Notes: generated from the letters alone by a model not told the origin. Positions 38,091 through 52,160 are shown, counted from the stretch's first letter. The stretch: DNA of 64,000 bases from Octopus sinensis (GCF_006345805.1 NC_043011.1:51658464-51722463), one strand, 5' to 3'. Numbers and translations: made by a program.

Positions 38091-38499
38091 CACCTGCACA
38101 CCCATTTGGTTTTATTGACAATCTGCTCATTTGCTCAATTGTTTCTATATGCTTATACGCTTCCACACTTGTTTATGCAATTACCAACTTTTTCTACTTG
38201 ATAATCTGCACCACTAATATATGTGTGTGTATTCATCCAATACATTTGAGTAAATACACATACTGGAATGTTTACCGGCTGATGTCCGTTCATTTTATAT
38301 ATTTTCCACTTTCTTATTTGCCGTACAACTCCAAGGTAAAACCACTCTTTACCCCTACCTATATATAATACTTAAATGCAAGATTGCCATGCAATAACTA
38401 GCACTTGGGTATGAATAATTGGGTACACTACTACCAGCAGTATATTGAATAGGTACTATCCCTAGGTTGTTCTCAACCTCTAACTCATGAAGAAGAAAT

Positions 38500-38742
38500 A
38501 TATAATATATATATTACACACACACATATGTGTGTATATATATATATATAAATATATATATATACTAACTATTATATATATATATATATTATATATATAT
38601 ATATATATTACATGTACATATATGTGTGTGTCTGTAGTATACACACACAACATATATATGTATAAATGTACATATAAAATTACATATATGTGTGTATATA
38701 TATATATATATATACATGTACATATATGTGTGTATATATATG

Positions 38743-38786
<44 letters not shown>

Positions 38787-39120
38787 CACACACACATGTA
38801 TGTATATGTATATATATAATATATACATACATACATATATATATACATATATATATATAATTACATATATATATATATAATTACACATATATATATATAT
38901 ATCTATACATATATGTATACATACATACACAATCTATATATATATCTTATACATATATGTATACATACATACACACACACACACACACATATATATATTA
39001 TATATATATATATTATACACAAACATACATATACATATATGTATACATACATACGCATTATATATATATATATAATATATATTATTATATACATACATAC
39101 ACACATATACACACACACAG
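38500..39120. repeat. Compound (TA)n/(CA)n microsatellite
   Basis: Direct inspection. Confidence 0.97.
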
Positions 39121-39407
39121 ACATATGTCTCTCAGTGTGAGTGTATGTTTGCGTATAGATATAAGCTACAGCTAATTTGTATTTTCTACTACCATTAGCA
39201 CTACAATCAACACACATCCGGGGTCTGCACAACACGGCTGCAGCAGACGATGATTTCAAGTATATCGCTTTAGAAACAGTGAAGACAATACAAATCAAAT
39301 TAGATTTAATATTGCAAATATTTCCCAAAGAAAATAAAATTAGACCATTAGCTTTATTTGATTTAAGTTGATTTTTTTTTCTCCCTCAAACTAATAATAA
39401 TAATAAT

Positions 39408-39466
<59 letters not shown>

Positions 39467-39741
39467 TTAATGATAATAATAGTAAACAATAATAAACAAT
39501 AATAATAATGCAAAACACAAAAAAAAAATGCTGAAAATCGCTGAAGATGAAACACTTTGCATACGGAAATCCAATTCATGTGTAAAATAAAAATTCACTC
39601 TCAATTGCTTCAAAGAAGGAAAGCTAAATGGCTGGAACAAGAAGGGTGGGACGGAGATGGGGTGGAGGGTGGAAGGTGTTTAGTAGAAACTGAGATTAAT
39701 ATAAAACTGACTGTATCAAGCTATCTGTCCTTCTCTGTCTC

Positions 39742-39777
<36 letters not shown>

Positions 39778-39974
39778 CCAACATCATGATGTTTACCACA
39801 AAAACCAACATTACCATAACCATTGCTATTATGTCATTATCGCCACTATGAAGATGAAGACCACTTCTATCAGCAGCAAACCATTACTATAACCATCGTT
39901 ACTACCAATATTAGTCCTCCAACATGGCCACTATCATTACTGCAACCATTACTATGACAACCATTACAATCATA

Positions 39975-40356
39975 TGCACCAGGAGTGGCTGTGTGGTAAG
40001 TAGTTTCCTTACCAACCACATGTGTGGCACCTTGGACAAGTGTCTTCTACTATAGCCTCGGGCCAACCAAAGCCTTGTGAGTGGATTTGGTAGACTGAAA
40101 CTGAAAGAAGCCCATTGTATATATGTATATATATGTGTATGTGTGTGTATATGCTTGTGTGTCTGTGTTTGTCCCTCCAACATCGCTTGACAACCGATGC
40201 TGGTGTGTTTGCGTCCCCATAACTTAGCGGTATGGCAAAAGAGACAGATAGAATAAGTACTAGGCTTCTAAAGAATAAGTCCTGGGGTCGATTTGTTCGA
40301 CTAAAGGTGATGCTTCAGCATGGCCATACTCAAATGACTGAAACAAGTAAAAGAGA
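39975..40356 (+). mobile_element. tRNA-head SINE family A
   Basis: Collinear with the 20593-20992 copy, with a short internal deletion in the head. Confidence 0.85.
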
Positions 40357-40388
40357 GAAAAAGAGAAAGAAAACCAGTAGACCTCTCT

Positions 40389-40463
40389 CATCATCATCAT
40401 TGTTCGACTGTGGTCGAGACAATGGAATTTACCATGCTACGCCAGACTTCACGGTCTATCATA
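40389..40463 (-). mobile_element. Very short 5'-truncated RTE 3' end
   Basis: Near-identical reverse complement of 61530-61602. Confidence 0.75.
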
Positions 40464-41938
40464 GACCTCTCTACCATTGTTGTCACTCCCAATACTATCA
40501 CCTTCATCACTGCCTCATCATCATCATCACTATTACCTCTGTTATTCCAATGACCACTGACACTATGACAACTACTATCATCACTACTACTATCATTACC
40601 ACAGTCACAAATTAAACCCTATTAAGTTCAGGAAAGGAATGGCAGATACTATGAAAAAGATGGAGTGGCCATATCTGGAATGTTGGTCATAGTTGACCTA
40701 AGGCTAAACACACCATTGTTGTTGTTCTTTATGTCTACTGATCTTACAAATGCTACTGCAAAGCATTGGGACTTATCCCAATATAAAAAAATATCAAGTG
40801 GTGAAGCACTGTACCGTTCCGCTGGATAGCAAGAACTTGTCATAGACTTCAGCCTGTGAGAAGATTTGAAGCTATCATAGTAAAATAAATAATCAATCAT
40901 GTATTGCTACAACTGCATATACTAGTAAAATTGATCGTCTCAAAATACCTTTTCATGGCTAGAGGGACTAGGTGTAGTGAATTGGACCTACTCATTATAC
41001 CTATTAATAGAAAGACAGATTTAATACATCTAAAGTACTGTTCCTCTCTACAGCAAGAATTTAAAGCAAAGCAGTGATGATGATGATCATCATCATTATC
41101 TAACGTCCACTTTTCCATACTTGCATGGATCAGACAGAATTTCAAGAACTGGATGCTGTTCCTGTCATCAACCCTCATCAGTTTCCGAGCACGGTAATAA
41201 TATTGGGAATGGAGGACACTACTTGCATGATAGTGACATCCTTTTACAACTATTGCATGAAGTCAAAACAAGGAGACAATAAAACACACACACGCACAAA
41301 CAAACAAATTTCTCTCCGTTTACATCTACCAAATCCAGTGACAAGGCTTTGGTTAGCATAGGGCTATAGAAGAAGACACTTGCTCAAAGTACCATGCAGT
41401 GGGAATGAACCCAAGACCATGTTGTTGGGAAGCAAACTTCTGACCACACAGCCTGTGGCTAATGATTTGAATAATAATATGTATGTATAGAAGGATAGGG
41501 TGTATGTGTGGTACCTATAATCTGAAACTAATACTAAAACTTCAATCTATACCACGTACAGTTATCTCAGTATGAAGTTGGCTATATGAAACTTAGGCGT
41601 GTATTCCAAAGTACATTTATCAATCATTGATTTAAATAAAACTGTGACACACTTCCACAAAAAAACACATGGAATAAAATAATTTTAGAGTAGTTAACCT
41701 GCAGTTTTCTTTATTTAAACCTAATGATACAAAACTTCAAAGAAAAAAAAAATCAGATGTAAACACACATCACTGTTCTCTGACCACACACAAAAATAAA
41801 AATACAATTTCCATAATTTTCAATGAGAAAAAAGAATAAAACAGAATATTAAAGCTTCATAGCAAATGACTTCAAAACAAATTCAGTTTAATTATTTGAA
41901 ATTTATCTTAGGTTGCTAATAAATGCTATGTTATGCCT

Positions 41939-42114
41939 ATCATCATCATGTAATGTCTGCTTTCCATGCTGGTATGGATTGGATGGTTTGACTGAGAACT
42001 GGCAAGCTGGAAGGCTACACCAGGCTCCAATCTGATTTGGCAAGGTTTCTACAGATGGATGCCCTTCCTCATGCCAACTACTCTGCGAGTGTAGAGGGTG
42101 CTTTTATGTGCCAC

Positions 42115-42117
<3 letters not shown>
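41939..42117 (-). mobile_element. RTE 3'-end-derived repeat (family C)
   Basis: catcatcat..tttccatgctgg..gatgcccttcct..gtgcttttatgtgccacc. Confidence 0.75.
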
Positions 42118-42152
<35 letters not shown>

Positions 42153-42691
42153 TAATCATTTAAATGCACCACTGTTGAATGTGTGGTATATGAATAAGTC
42201 TAGCCATTTCTGCTAAGTTCTGGTTTGTGTTTAATTTAAATAGTAACTTGCAAGAAATCATCTTCGCAGGTAGAAGGATGAAGGCATACTTATCCTCTAA
42301 TGAGTGATTAACAAAGGGTGAAACATGCTAGGTCAATCTCTTATTCTACTGTGTTCAAAGAGAACAACAAACCATATTCACATTTGATTCAAGTTTCAGA
42401 ATGAAGGTTTTTTAATTACATTAAATCTACCATAGTTACAGTTTACATCATATATGATGTTTCCCTCATTAAAATATGGCAAATGATGCCAGACTGTCTA
42501 AGTAGATCACAGACACAAATCAGAAAACACAAAATAACATATGTAACAGCAATATGACATATCAAACTGGTGCCACAGCTTAGGTTTATGTGTGTGTGTG
42601 TGTGTGTGTGAGCGTGTGTGTGTGAGCGTGTGTGTGTGTGTGTGTGTGTGTGTATACATGTATGTAAACACACACACATATACATATATAC

Positions 42692-42724
<33 letters not shown>

Positions 42725-43026
42725 AAAAATACACACAAACATACACACACATATATCCACACACACATACATATTTTCAATAATAATAAAGGGTAAAATT
42801 AATTAATAATAAAGAGTTATTATTATTGAAAATATAATTCACTCCCTGATAGTAAACTGCAGTTTCTGCGGGAATACTTGTAACACACGTGGGTGATTGG
42901 GGAAGAATACGAGTTCTCACTCATCTGCATAAATTCAAAAGTGCTGGTTTGGGGATATTAATTATTCAATGTCACTTGGTCAAATATGTATTTAATTATT
43001 AATACTCTCAAATTTACAATTGAAAT

Positions 43027-43101
43027 ACTACACTAAAGAAGGAAATAAGTGAGTAAAAATAAAAATTTTACATCTCTTTAATCCAGAAACATGTATGTAG
43101 T
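43027..43101 (+). ncRNA. Decayed type I hammerhead ribozyme, long helix II (G5 to A)
   Basis: ACUACA CUAAAGA A GGA..UCC A GAAA C AU GUA UGUAGU. Perfect 6-bp helix I, palindromic ACAUGU, distal hairpin GUAAAA/UUUUAC. Confidence 0.65.
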
Positions 43102-43961
43102 TGATCAAAGCCGTGTGGATTCGTTATTTTTTCTCTTTGCCTACATGAATTAAGAGTATCGCTGTCTGGGAGATATCTTATGGTAGAGGAATAGTTTTTA
43201 ACTGCTATTTCTAAATTTCGGTATGTGGTGAAGCAATTTGCTGAACCCTAATTATAATTATCCTTATAATTATAACATTTATATATGTGTATATATATAT
43301 ATATAATATATATATATATATTCCTCACTAAGTATGAGGAGACAACTCTGGGGGCACATTTCATTCCTGTCGGAACTCATTAGTAAAGGTGTAAACTTAA
43401 TGTAACTTATTAAAGTATTAGTGATCAAATTATTAAGGAGTCATACAGAAATGTAAATTCATCGGCACAAACTAAGACAATTAATGAATAAGATACCATC
43501 CACATGTTAATTAACAATTGAGTAGGTGAAAGTATATTTAAAGATTAGAATGTTAAAAAGTCAACATAAGATTGGATCAATATGACAGGTAAAATACAAT
43601 TAGTTAATAACCAATATTAATTTATCATGAGCAAGTACTGAAGACAAATCTGGCCAGATTGTTTAAGATATATAATGTTCTGGCCACAGAAACATTGCAG
43701 TACTATCGATAGGTACAAACCACTGACTTCTTGGTTGGGTATCCCGTAACTTGCCATATAGTACATCATGCATCTTCTCTCTCTCTCTCTCTCTATCACA
43801 CATACACATTTCCATCATTTGTCTTTTAGGGATTATTTTTACTCAATCATATGTTGTTTGGTACCAGGCCAGCTCTGACTAAGTAAACCTATAGTCAGAA
43901 ACACTCTAACCATGACCATTTCATCTTTTTTCCAAATATACTGTAACAAGGACTACATTAT

Positions 43962-44007
<46 letters not shown>

Positions 44008-44377
44008 ATTTCAGTTTTAAATAAGAGTAACTTGGCTACAATTTCTATCTGGTTGAGAGACTATAATGAATTTTCCTTATTAACAAATACTAAATCAAAT
44101 ATTTCTATAGCTAGTTGCCCTCCTTTTTGCTAATCACTTGATTTAGAGACAGTACTAGAACCTACTTTTGCTAATCAATCAAACAGAAAACAGAGATAAG
44201 AAAATTTGTGTTTTTATTCAGGATGACTGAAAAATTATTTTTCTAAAAACCAGCTTCATGAGCATTAATTCAAATTTTACATCAGTTATAGAATATATCA
44301 CTGAACTTAATCATTTAGAGATGTCATCCACACGAGAAGGTGGCAACTACCATATTTTCTGACATAGAAGTTGAATT

Positions 44378-44892
44378 TTCCGACCACACTTGGAATTCAC
44401 ATCATCAGTTTGGAACCCCCATCTTGCTCAGAACATTGACCTCCTGGAATCTGTCCAGAGACGTGCAACCAAACACATACCCTCCATCAGACACCTACCA
44501 TATTCTGAGCGCCTTGTTTCCCTGGGCATGGATTCACTGAAGCTCCGGCGTCTGGCGACGGACTTGGTAAACACCCACAAAGTTATCAACCACCTCACCT
44601 ACAACAACACTGAACACCTTTTTGATCTCCATATGTCTAACACACGTGGACATGCCTACAAAGTCAGAAAACAACACAGCTCCCATGACTTTCGGAAACA
44701 TTTCTTCACGCTCAGAGTTGCTGAAGCATGGAATAAACTGCCTACATCAGTTGTTGACTGCCATGACACTGCATCCTTTAAGGCCCTCATGCTTTCCGAA
44801 ATCCGCCGAAACTACACTTGATTATATATACACTTTAGATGAGTTGTAGTGCACCTGAGCACTGTACACAATTATTATTATTATTTTATTTT
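44378..44892 (+). mobile_element. CR1-clade LINE 3' end (ORF2 C-terminus open for ~148 codons, (ATT)n tail)
   Basis: FRPHLEFTSSVWNPHL..LESVQRRATK..YSERL..LRRL..TRGHAYKVRK..RKHFFTLRVAEAWNKLP..VV..SFK is the typical CR1 C-terminus. Confidence 0.92.
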
Positions 44893-46595
44893 TAAAAGTT
44901 ACAGTTAAAAAAAGGTAGGTCAACTTAGTAGATAAGGCAACTTTGGAGGACTGTAAATTCCATGTGAAATGCAGCAGGATTTAGAAATATAGTGATGGTG
45001 TTTGAATGTAGACTATATGCTATATCTACTTGTATGCCAGAAAATATGGTACACAGTGACATAAAAGAATTACCAAAAGGATGTTACTTGCTACCAAGTC
45101 ATACTAACTTGCAAATAATAGCTTTGGATTGTTTTTGTTTTTTTTTATCGTACTTACAGCAGTAAATATAAAAATATAAATTTAAATAATTATGCAGTGC
45201 GGAAAAGACATTAACTCAATGATGAATACTATAATTTAATCATTTCAGTGAATATGGGAGACAACTTTGGAATGTTTCCACAGTATTATGTCCATCACCA
45301 GCTAAACATAAAGTGCAGTGTGCTTCTTAAAATACTGATATTAAGCAAATATATAATAATGTACAAGGTTGACACAGAAAAAATAGAATACTTTTCAAGA
45401 ATTAATTACTCAGAAATGTGTTCTCTGATCTTCAACAGTGAATTAGCATGTCTGTGAATTCTAGGTAAACCTTATAGGTTTCTGAATTCAGTGACCAATT
45501 TATTTAGCCTGTCTTAAAGTATTTAAATGAAAATATGTACCCTAAATTTTGAAATTTTCACAATATTTATTCAATGTTTTGAAATTTTCAATATGAGTTT
45601 TAGTGTTTAGAAGAGCAAAATTTAAAACAACAAAACTATATTAAATTTTACAATAACACCAAATCTTTAATAAGATTAAAAATGGTCCCCTACGTTACTG
45701 ATTTTTATTAAAATATGGAGATAATTTTGTTTACAAAATAATTTGTTTTAAAACTTCAAATATTAATTTAGTTCATGTACAGAGTGAGAATTTCTTTTTT
45801 CTATGACATATGCATTTCAATCTTTTGGTTCAGCAAAATTTCCAATAAGGTTTTTAAAGACATTTCACTCTGATTCTTTGTTTTATTTAAACCTGAGCAT
45901 TTCCAATATTTCCTAAATGTTTATTGAAAGCAATAACATTACAACTGCCACCCTCACCATTACCATCATCTTCAGTTTCAGCATCACTAATAATGGCCAT
46001 TTATCCAACACACTACCACCATAACATCACACTTGATGTCACACAGTCACTGTGACTAAAAACCAATCAAACTGTCTTAAACATTATTCAAGCAATCTGT
46101 GTTAAACATTATAATATAGCAAACTTAGGGAGCATCTATATAGTCACACAACCAGCTAGAAATAGTCAAACCTCCCTCATATCACGAACGACTATCTGAA
46201 AAAAATGGATGATGTTGTCTTAAAAAGACGGGATGGTCATAGCTAGAATGTCAAAACTATCAGGGCTGACTTAGGGCAAAACATGTGTTTCAATAACATG
46301 TTAATCTGTTATTTCATTGAAGCATTGTTGTATCACTGTAGACTGGGTCACTGGAATTGTTTGTATCATTTTCTTGAATTAACATCTCTTAATTCCCATC
46401 CAGGCCTTCATGTCATTGCAGTAAGCCACTCTTGGATAAAAGAACAATTGTATTTTTTTTTATATGTTGGAATATAAAGAAGACATTGGAAGTGAAAGAT
46501 GTCAGTCAGCTCATCCAACTAGTGTCTTAGGTTTACAGTTAGATGCAGTTTAAAAACTTATTTACAAGCAAATAATATATATTGTACTCATATCT

Positions 46596-46651
<56 letters not shown>

Positions 46652-46658
46652 TATATAG

Positions 46659-46689
<31 letters not shown>

Positions 46690-46693
46690 ATAT

Positions 46694-46846
46694 GTAGGAA
46701 GAGTTTACAAAAAAAACAAAAGATGAAGACAGGTGGTGTACAAAACAAACAGATGTATTAGTATAACACTCAGGAATAGAAAAAGTCTTTTACGTTTCGA
46801 GCCTACGCTCTTCTACAGAAAGGGACACAGAAAAAACAAGGAGAGA
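46694..46846 (-). mobile_element. Short HHR-bearing (Penelope pLTR-like) element adjoining (TA)n
   Basis: Non-microsatellite ~150-bp block with CpGs retained, starting directly after (TA)n and containing the 46787-46822 HHR. Confidence 0.6.
46787..46822 (-). ncRNA. Minimal type I hammerhead motif with A6 to U variant
   Basis: Minus strand: CUUU CUGUAGA A GAGC GUAG GCUC GAAA C GUA AAAG. Helix III is the ACGU palindrome. Cleavage after the A at 46791. Confidence 0.7.
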
Positions 46847-47656
46847 ACACATATATACTATATACATTTCTGGTTAGAGAAAAAATGTGCTTTACATTAA
46901 ATTTTTCATCAGAAGCCCTTTCCAGAATATTTCCATCGTCCCAAGATGGATTTGAACCTAGAAATCAGAAGTTGTAAAAACAGCTGAATCACTAGTGCTA
47001 GTATAATAGTGGTGAGGATGGGGTATGGTTATTGAATACATCCATTCAATTCTCTCATTTGTTGATGCACCAGTGTCATGAACAGAGACAAGTGTTAGAA
47101 TATCTTTGTATGGACAACCAACAGCCATAGGGCTCTATTTAAATTATAAGTCTCAACACATATTAGATTGAGAAAGGAATTGTGAAATGTTTATATTAGG
47201 CACCAGTGACACTCGAGCCTATGAAGAAAACTGAAACCTAAAAGAATGCAACACACCTTAAAACAAGTATACAGTACTGAGTCCACTTTTAGCATCAACA
47301 AAATCCAACACCATTCTGCATCAAGCACCATCCCCACCCTACCTCAATGCAAATACCTCAACCATCACCAAGCAACACCACCATCACCATCATGCTGAAA
47401 GGAACATCACCACTACAAAACAATAGCACTGATATCACCAGACTGTAATTCAATTGTTATCACCACTCTACAATGAATACCACTACAACCACACTACCAC
47501 TACACTACAATAACACTACACCAAAAACAACTTACCCTTACCACCAAACTACATTATCACTAACACAACACAATGACACAACCATTACTATAATATTGCA
47601 CCACAACCACCACTATACTACAAAAAACACCACCACTAATAAAACCAACAAACAAT

Positions 47657-47885
47657 GATGAAAAAAGCACCATCCGTTCGTGGCCGTTGCCAGCCTCGTC
47701 TGGCACGTAAAAAGCACCCACTACACTCACGGAGTGGTTGGCGTTAGGAAGAGCATCCAACCATAGAAACATTGCCAGATCAGACTGGGCCTGGTGCAGC
47801 CTTCGGGCTTCCCAGACCCCAGTTGAACCGTCCAACCCATGCCAGCATGGAAAGCGGACGCTAAACGATGATGATGATGATGATG
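47657..47885 (+). mobile_element. RTE 3'-end-derived repeat (family C), young copy with (GAT)n tail
   Basis: Near-identical to 27990-28190. Confidence 0.82.
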
Positions 47886-47985
47886 AATCCCACTGCCACC
47901 AAACAAGCCAACCAAAAAGAGCCTCTATGTGGTTGCTGAACATGCTAGAATTTGCTGCTCAATCTCTTTCAAATCAATTGTTACC

Positions 47986-48290
47986 TATAGCCCTGGGCCG
48001 ACCAAAGCCTTGTGAATGGATTTAGTAGACAGAAACTGAAAGAAGCCCGTCATATATATGTATATGTATATATATGTGTGCATGTGTGCTTGTGTGATTG
48101 TCCGCCCAACATCGCTTGACAACCGATGGTGGTGTGTTTATGTCCCCCGTAACTTAGCAGTTCAGCAAAAGAGACTGATAGAATAAGTACTAGGCTTAAA
48201 AGAATAAGTTCTGGGGTCGATTTGCTCGACTATAGGTGGTGCTCAAGCATGGCCGCAGTCAAACGACTGAAACAAGTAAAAGAGTAAAAG
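47986..48290 (+). mobile_element. SINE family A, 5'-truncated
   Basis: Matches 20680-20992. Confidence 0.82.
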
Positions 48291-48642
48291 ATACCTCAAG
48301 TAAGAACAATGCAATGTTAATTTGGTCTAATATATCTCTAAAAAGACTGGGTGGTCATGGCTGGAATGCCATTAATGAATAGGATTGCTCAGCCAGGGTT
48401 GATCTGTGACTGAACAACAAGAATAATTAGCACTATCACACTACAAATACCACCACTACTATCATCGCAACTGTTTCAATGTAAAGAGTAGAAAGTGACT
48501 ATGAGCTATGATTTTCTTGAACAATGATTTCAGTTGTGCATCAACTACAAGGTTAAACTAAAGGATGGGCTACAGAATATGTCCCCAGGTAATGCTAGCT
48601 ATTTCAATATTCCAATCATACAACAGATTAAAAGGAACATAG

Positions 48643-48699
<57 letters not shown>

Positions 48700-49177
48700 G
48701 TGTGTGTGTGTGTGTGTGAGTGTGTGTGTGTGTGTGTGTGTACATGATTTTATTTATGTATGTATATATATTTTTAAAACATCAGTTTAATGGTTACTTT
48801 CACTTTCTGGTATTTTCATTCATCTTTCGGGTTATGCTGTCTTTCTTTTTATTTGTATGTTTCCCTCAAAGAAAGCAATTGCTTGAGGACTCAAAAGTGT
48901 TTCATGAAAGAAAGAAAGAACCAGGGGGGAGTGAGAGAGATATATATATAGAGAGAGAGAAAGAGAAGGAGAGAGAGATGTATGTGTACCTCTGCAGGAA
49001 AGCAATGCCATCTATGAATACTAAGAACTTTCCAGAATGAAAATGCAATTTGAATAGGAAACTGCTTTGTTTGGTTATGAAATGCCAACCGACTTTTTCA
49101 CACAAATGGCACAATTGAAGACAAAAACTGAATTGGCAATGTAATATGAGATTTTTTTCATAAATACACACACACAT

Positions 49178-49211
<34 letters not shown>

Positions 49212-51585
49212 AACACACACACACACACACTTTAATAGATAAACTAAAATAAATACAAATATTTCAGTCTTCATAAATATGTGTTTCTGTGTATAAGTAT
49301 CTGTGAAAGTGTGTATGTACACACACACACACATGCAAAATAAAATAAGTTTGCTCTCCATGTTCTGGGCTCAATCCCACTGCATAGCATCTTGGGCAAG
49401 TGTCTCCTACTGTAGCATCAAGCCAAATAATGCTTTGTGAATAAAACTGGTAGATAGGAAATGCGAGGAAAGCTGTCATGTGTATGAGAGCATGTCTGCA
49501 TGAATGTCACCTCTACTGTTATTAACACTGTCTGACCAAAAGACAGTGTCAATATATGGAATTGGGCGATATGGTTGTTTAATTTCTCCAGTGCACAAAT
49601 ACTCCTCAGTCCACTGATGTGTGAGAAGTGGTGGAATGAAAAGATACCTTACTTGAAAAACAAGGGCTGCCAACATTGTCATCTATAATTTCATCTAACA
49701 CATACCAGCATGGAGAAATGGAAGTAAAAACGATAATGATGATATTATCATCAACATTACCATTTAACATCCATGGTCCATGCTGCTGTGGGTTGCACAG
49801 CTTGACAGGATCTCATAGGTTCAAGGAGTGCGTCATGCTCTACTATCTTTTGCCAGAGTTTCTATGGCTGAATGCCCTTTCCAATGCCAACCACTTAACA
49901 TCATGTACAGTACCTTTTTTTTATTTTTGTGCCATCACACTAGTGGTGTCACCATGCAACTTGCAAAATTACAAACTCTGAGAGGGGTGGCTTTATGGTT
50001 AAGATATGATAGAAGGGTAGCAGAGTAGAACAGGTTTCTTTGTGTAGAGGAGTTACATGTTTATTCACATTTTAGAAAAGAGGGGTATGGATGATTGGGG
50101 TGGAGCTGGGAAGAGAAAAAAGATAATGATGATGAAGTGCTTGGGTGGACCCTCAAGGTACAAGCCGAGCAGAAGTGAGCAGAGACAGACCTGAGAGTGT
50201 GGGTGGGCAGAGGTTGCAAGAGGGTATGAGAAAGTGAGAGAGGCAGAGAACGGGTGAGGAGGAGAATATAATGAATGAAGAACAGGTGTTAAGGGGTGGA
50301 TGTAGTGAATGGTGGATATGAGGTGGTGGTGGTGGGGTGCGGTGAAGAGTAATATTGGCATAGTAGACAAGGGTAGGATTATGTATTAATTATGAATAAT
50401 ACAAACTTCCATATATATGAATGCAAGGATAATATATGTTTGTGTGCATATCACTGGTTTAACAAATATGATTTATTCACTCTGTGATCAGAGGCATCTG
50501 TTAATGGGTGAAATTTCTCAGAAAAATCTATTATTATTTGATAGATGAAATGAGGCAATGTAAAATAAAATATCTGACACAGAAAGACACACTAAATCAT
50601 AACAGGCCAATGAACCAGCCTCTATATAGTTGCCCAGTCTACTAGATATAGCAGCCAAATGTCCCTCAAATTACATCCTGCTATCTTGAAAAAGGGAGGG
50701 ATACATTGGACTATACAAGTCCTAGATATGATTCATTAGAAAAGGGTGATGTGGTCATGGTTGGAATGCTTTGGTTATAGGTAAAACTGACCTTGTAACA
50801 GATTTGAAGTCATAAAACAAGAACTAGTAGCCCATGACCTTGTTTATTTTATTGCTTACTTACAGGATGTATGTGTGTGTGTGTGTGTGTGTGTGTGCAT
50901 GCATGTGTGTGGATGGGTGGGTGTTAGTTTAATCTCCAGAACATCCTTAACTAATGGATTGAAGTTGGCTGTTATTTCTAACGAAATTCTCATTGTTCAT
51001 GTTTTCCAAAGTTGCAAACATGGTTAAGTGGGTAAGAATTTCACTTCCCAATCATATGGCTACAGGTTCAGTCCCAGTGTGTGTGTTACCTTGGTTAATA
51101 TCTTCTACTAGAGACAGAGGCTGAATAAAAGCCTTATGGGAAAATTTGGTAGATGGAAATTGAAAGAAGCTCATTGTATACGTGTGTATGTGTGTGTGTG
51201 TGTGTGTGTGCTTGTTTAGATTCATGCCTTACAACAGGTACACAAGTGGTGTCGTTTACTGTTGCTACTTGCTCTCTTCATGTTTTTGTAGGTGTATAAA
51301 ATAAGAGATCCTTTACTTGAAAAGCGGATGACAGGAAGGCATCAGGCTGTAAATGCCTTGATAATATATTTGTCAAAGTAATGCAACAAGGAAATATGGA
51401 CATACAATGTAAGAGAACTCAAGTACTAAATTAGATATTAAAAAAATATTCTCAGAACAGAATGTATGTGTGCACATGCCTATGAATGTATTCATATGAC
51501 ATTGCTGTCTGTCTGTCTGTTGCGTGTGTATCGTTGGCAATTTTCTTTCACTGTCTTCGCTTCCTTGGACCTTTCCTTTTTCTAT

Positions 51586-51620
51586 GTTTCTGATGAAGAG
51601 CTCTGCTCAAAACATTAAAT
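51586..51620 (+). ncRNA. CpG-decayed short hammerhead motif
   Basis: GUUU CUGAUGA A GAGC UCU GCUC AAAAC AUU AAAU. CGAAACG has become CAAAACA (two CpG-to-CpA changes). Confidence 0.6.
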
Positions 51621-51728
51621 CCTCCTTCTTTCTTTCCTTTCCTGAGTGTCCAATAACACCATACTTGTTCCACGTCCTCACGTTTTCTCTTTGTTTATGT
51701 TTGGATTAACTATATCTATCTATCTATC

Positions 51729-51760
<32 letters not shown>

Positions 51761-51766
51761 TATTAT

Positions 51767-52160
51767 AGGTGCAGGAATGGGTGTGTGGTAAGAAGCTTGT
51801 TTCCCACCCACATGGTTCTGGGTTCACATCTCACTGTGACTCCTAAGGCAAGTGTCTTCTACTATAGCCTCAGGCCAACCAAAGCCTTGTGAGTGGATTT
51901 GGTAGACAGAAACTGAAAGAAGCCCTTTGTATATATATGTGTGTGAGTGTATGTATGTATTTGTGTGTCTGTTTTTGTCCTCCCACCATTGCTTGACAAC
52001 CGATGTTGGTGTGTTTACGTCCCCATAACTTAGTGGTTCAGCAAGAGAGACTGATAGAATAAGTACTAGGCTTACAAAAAATAAGTCCTGGGGTTGATTT
52101 GTTTGACTATAGGTGGTGCTTCATCATGGCTGCAGTCAAATGACTGAAACAAGTAAAAGA
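51767..52160 (+). mobile_element. tRNA-head SINE family A, near full length
   Basis: Collinear with the 20593-20992 copy. Confidence 0.85.

Noticed and set aside
39177-39300. CpG-retaining patch (ALQSTHIRGLHNTAAADDDFK) as a possible exon
   Set aside because: Donor sites are weak on both strands and no protein is recognised.
39536-39575. CUGAAGA..GGAAA motif
   Set aside because: No convincing helix II, no GUH triplet and no closing helix I.
44390-44821. 143-aa ORF as a host gene
   Set aside because: It is the CR1 ORF2 C-terminus of a 5'-truncated LINE.
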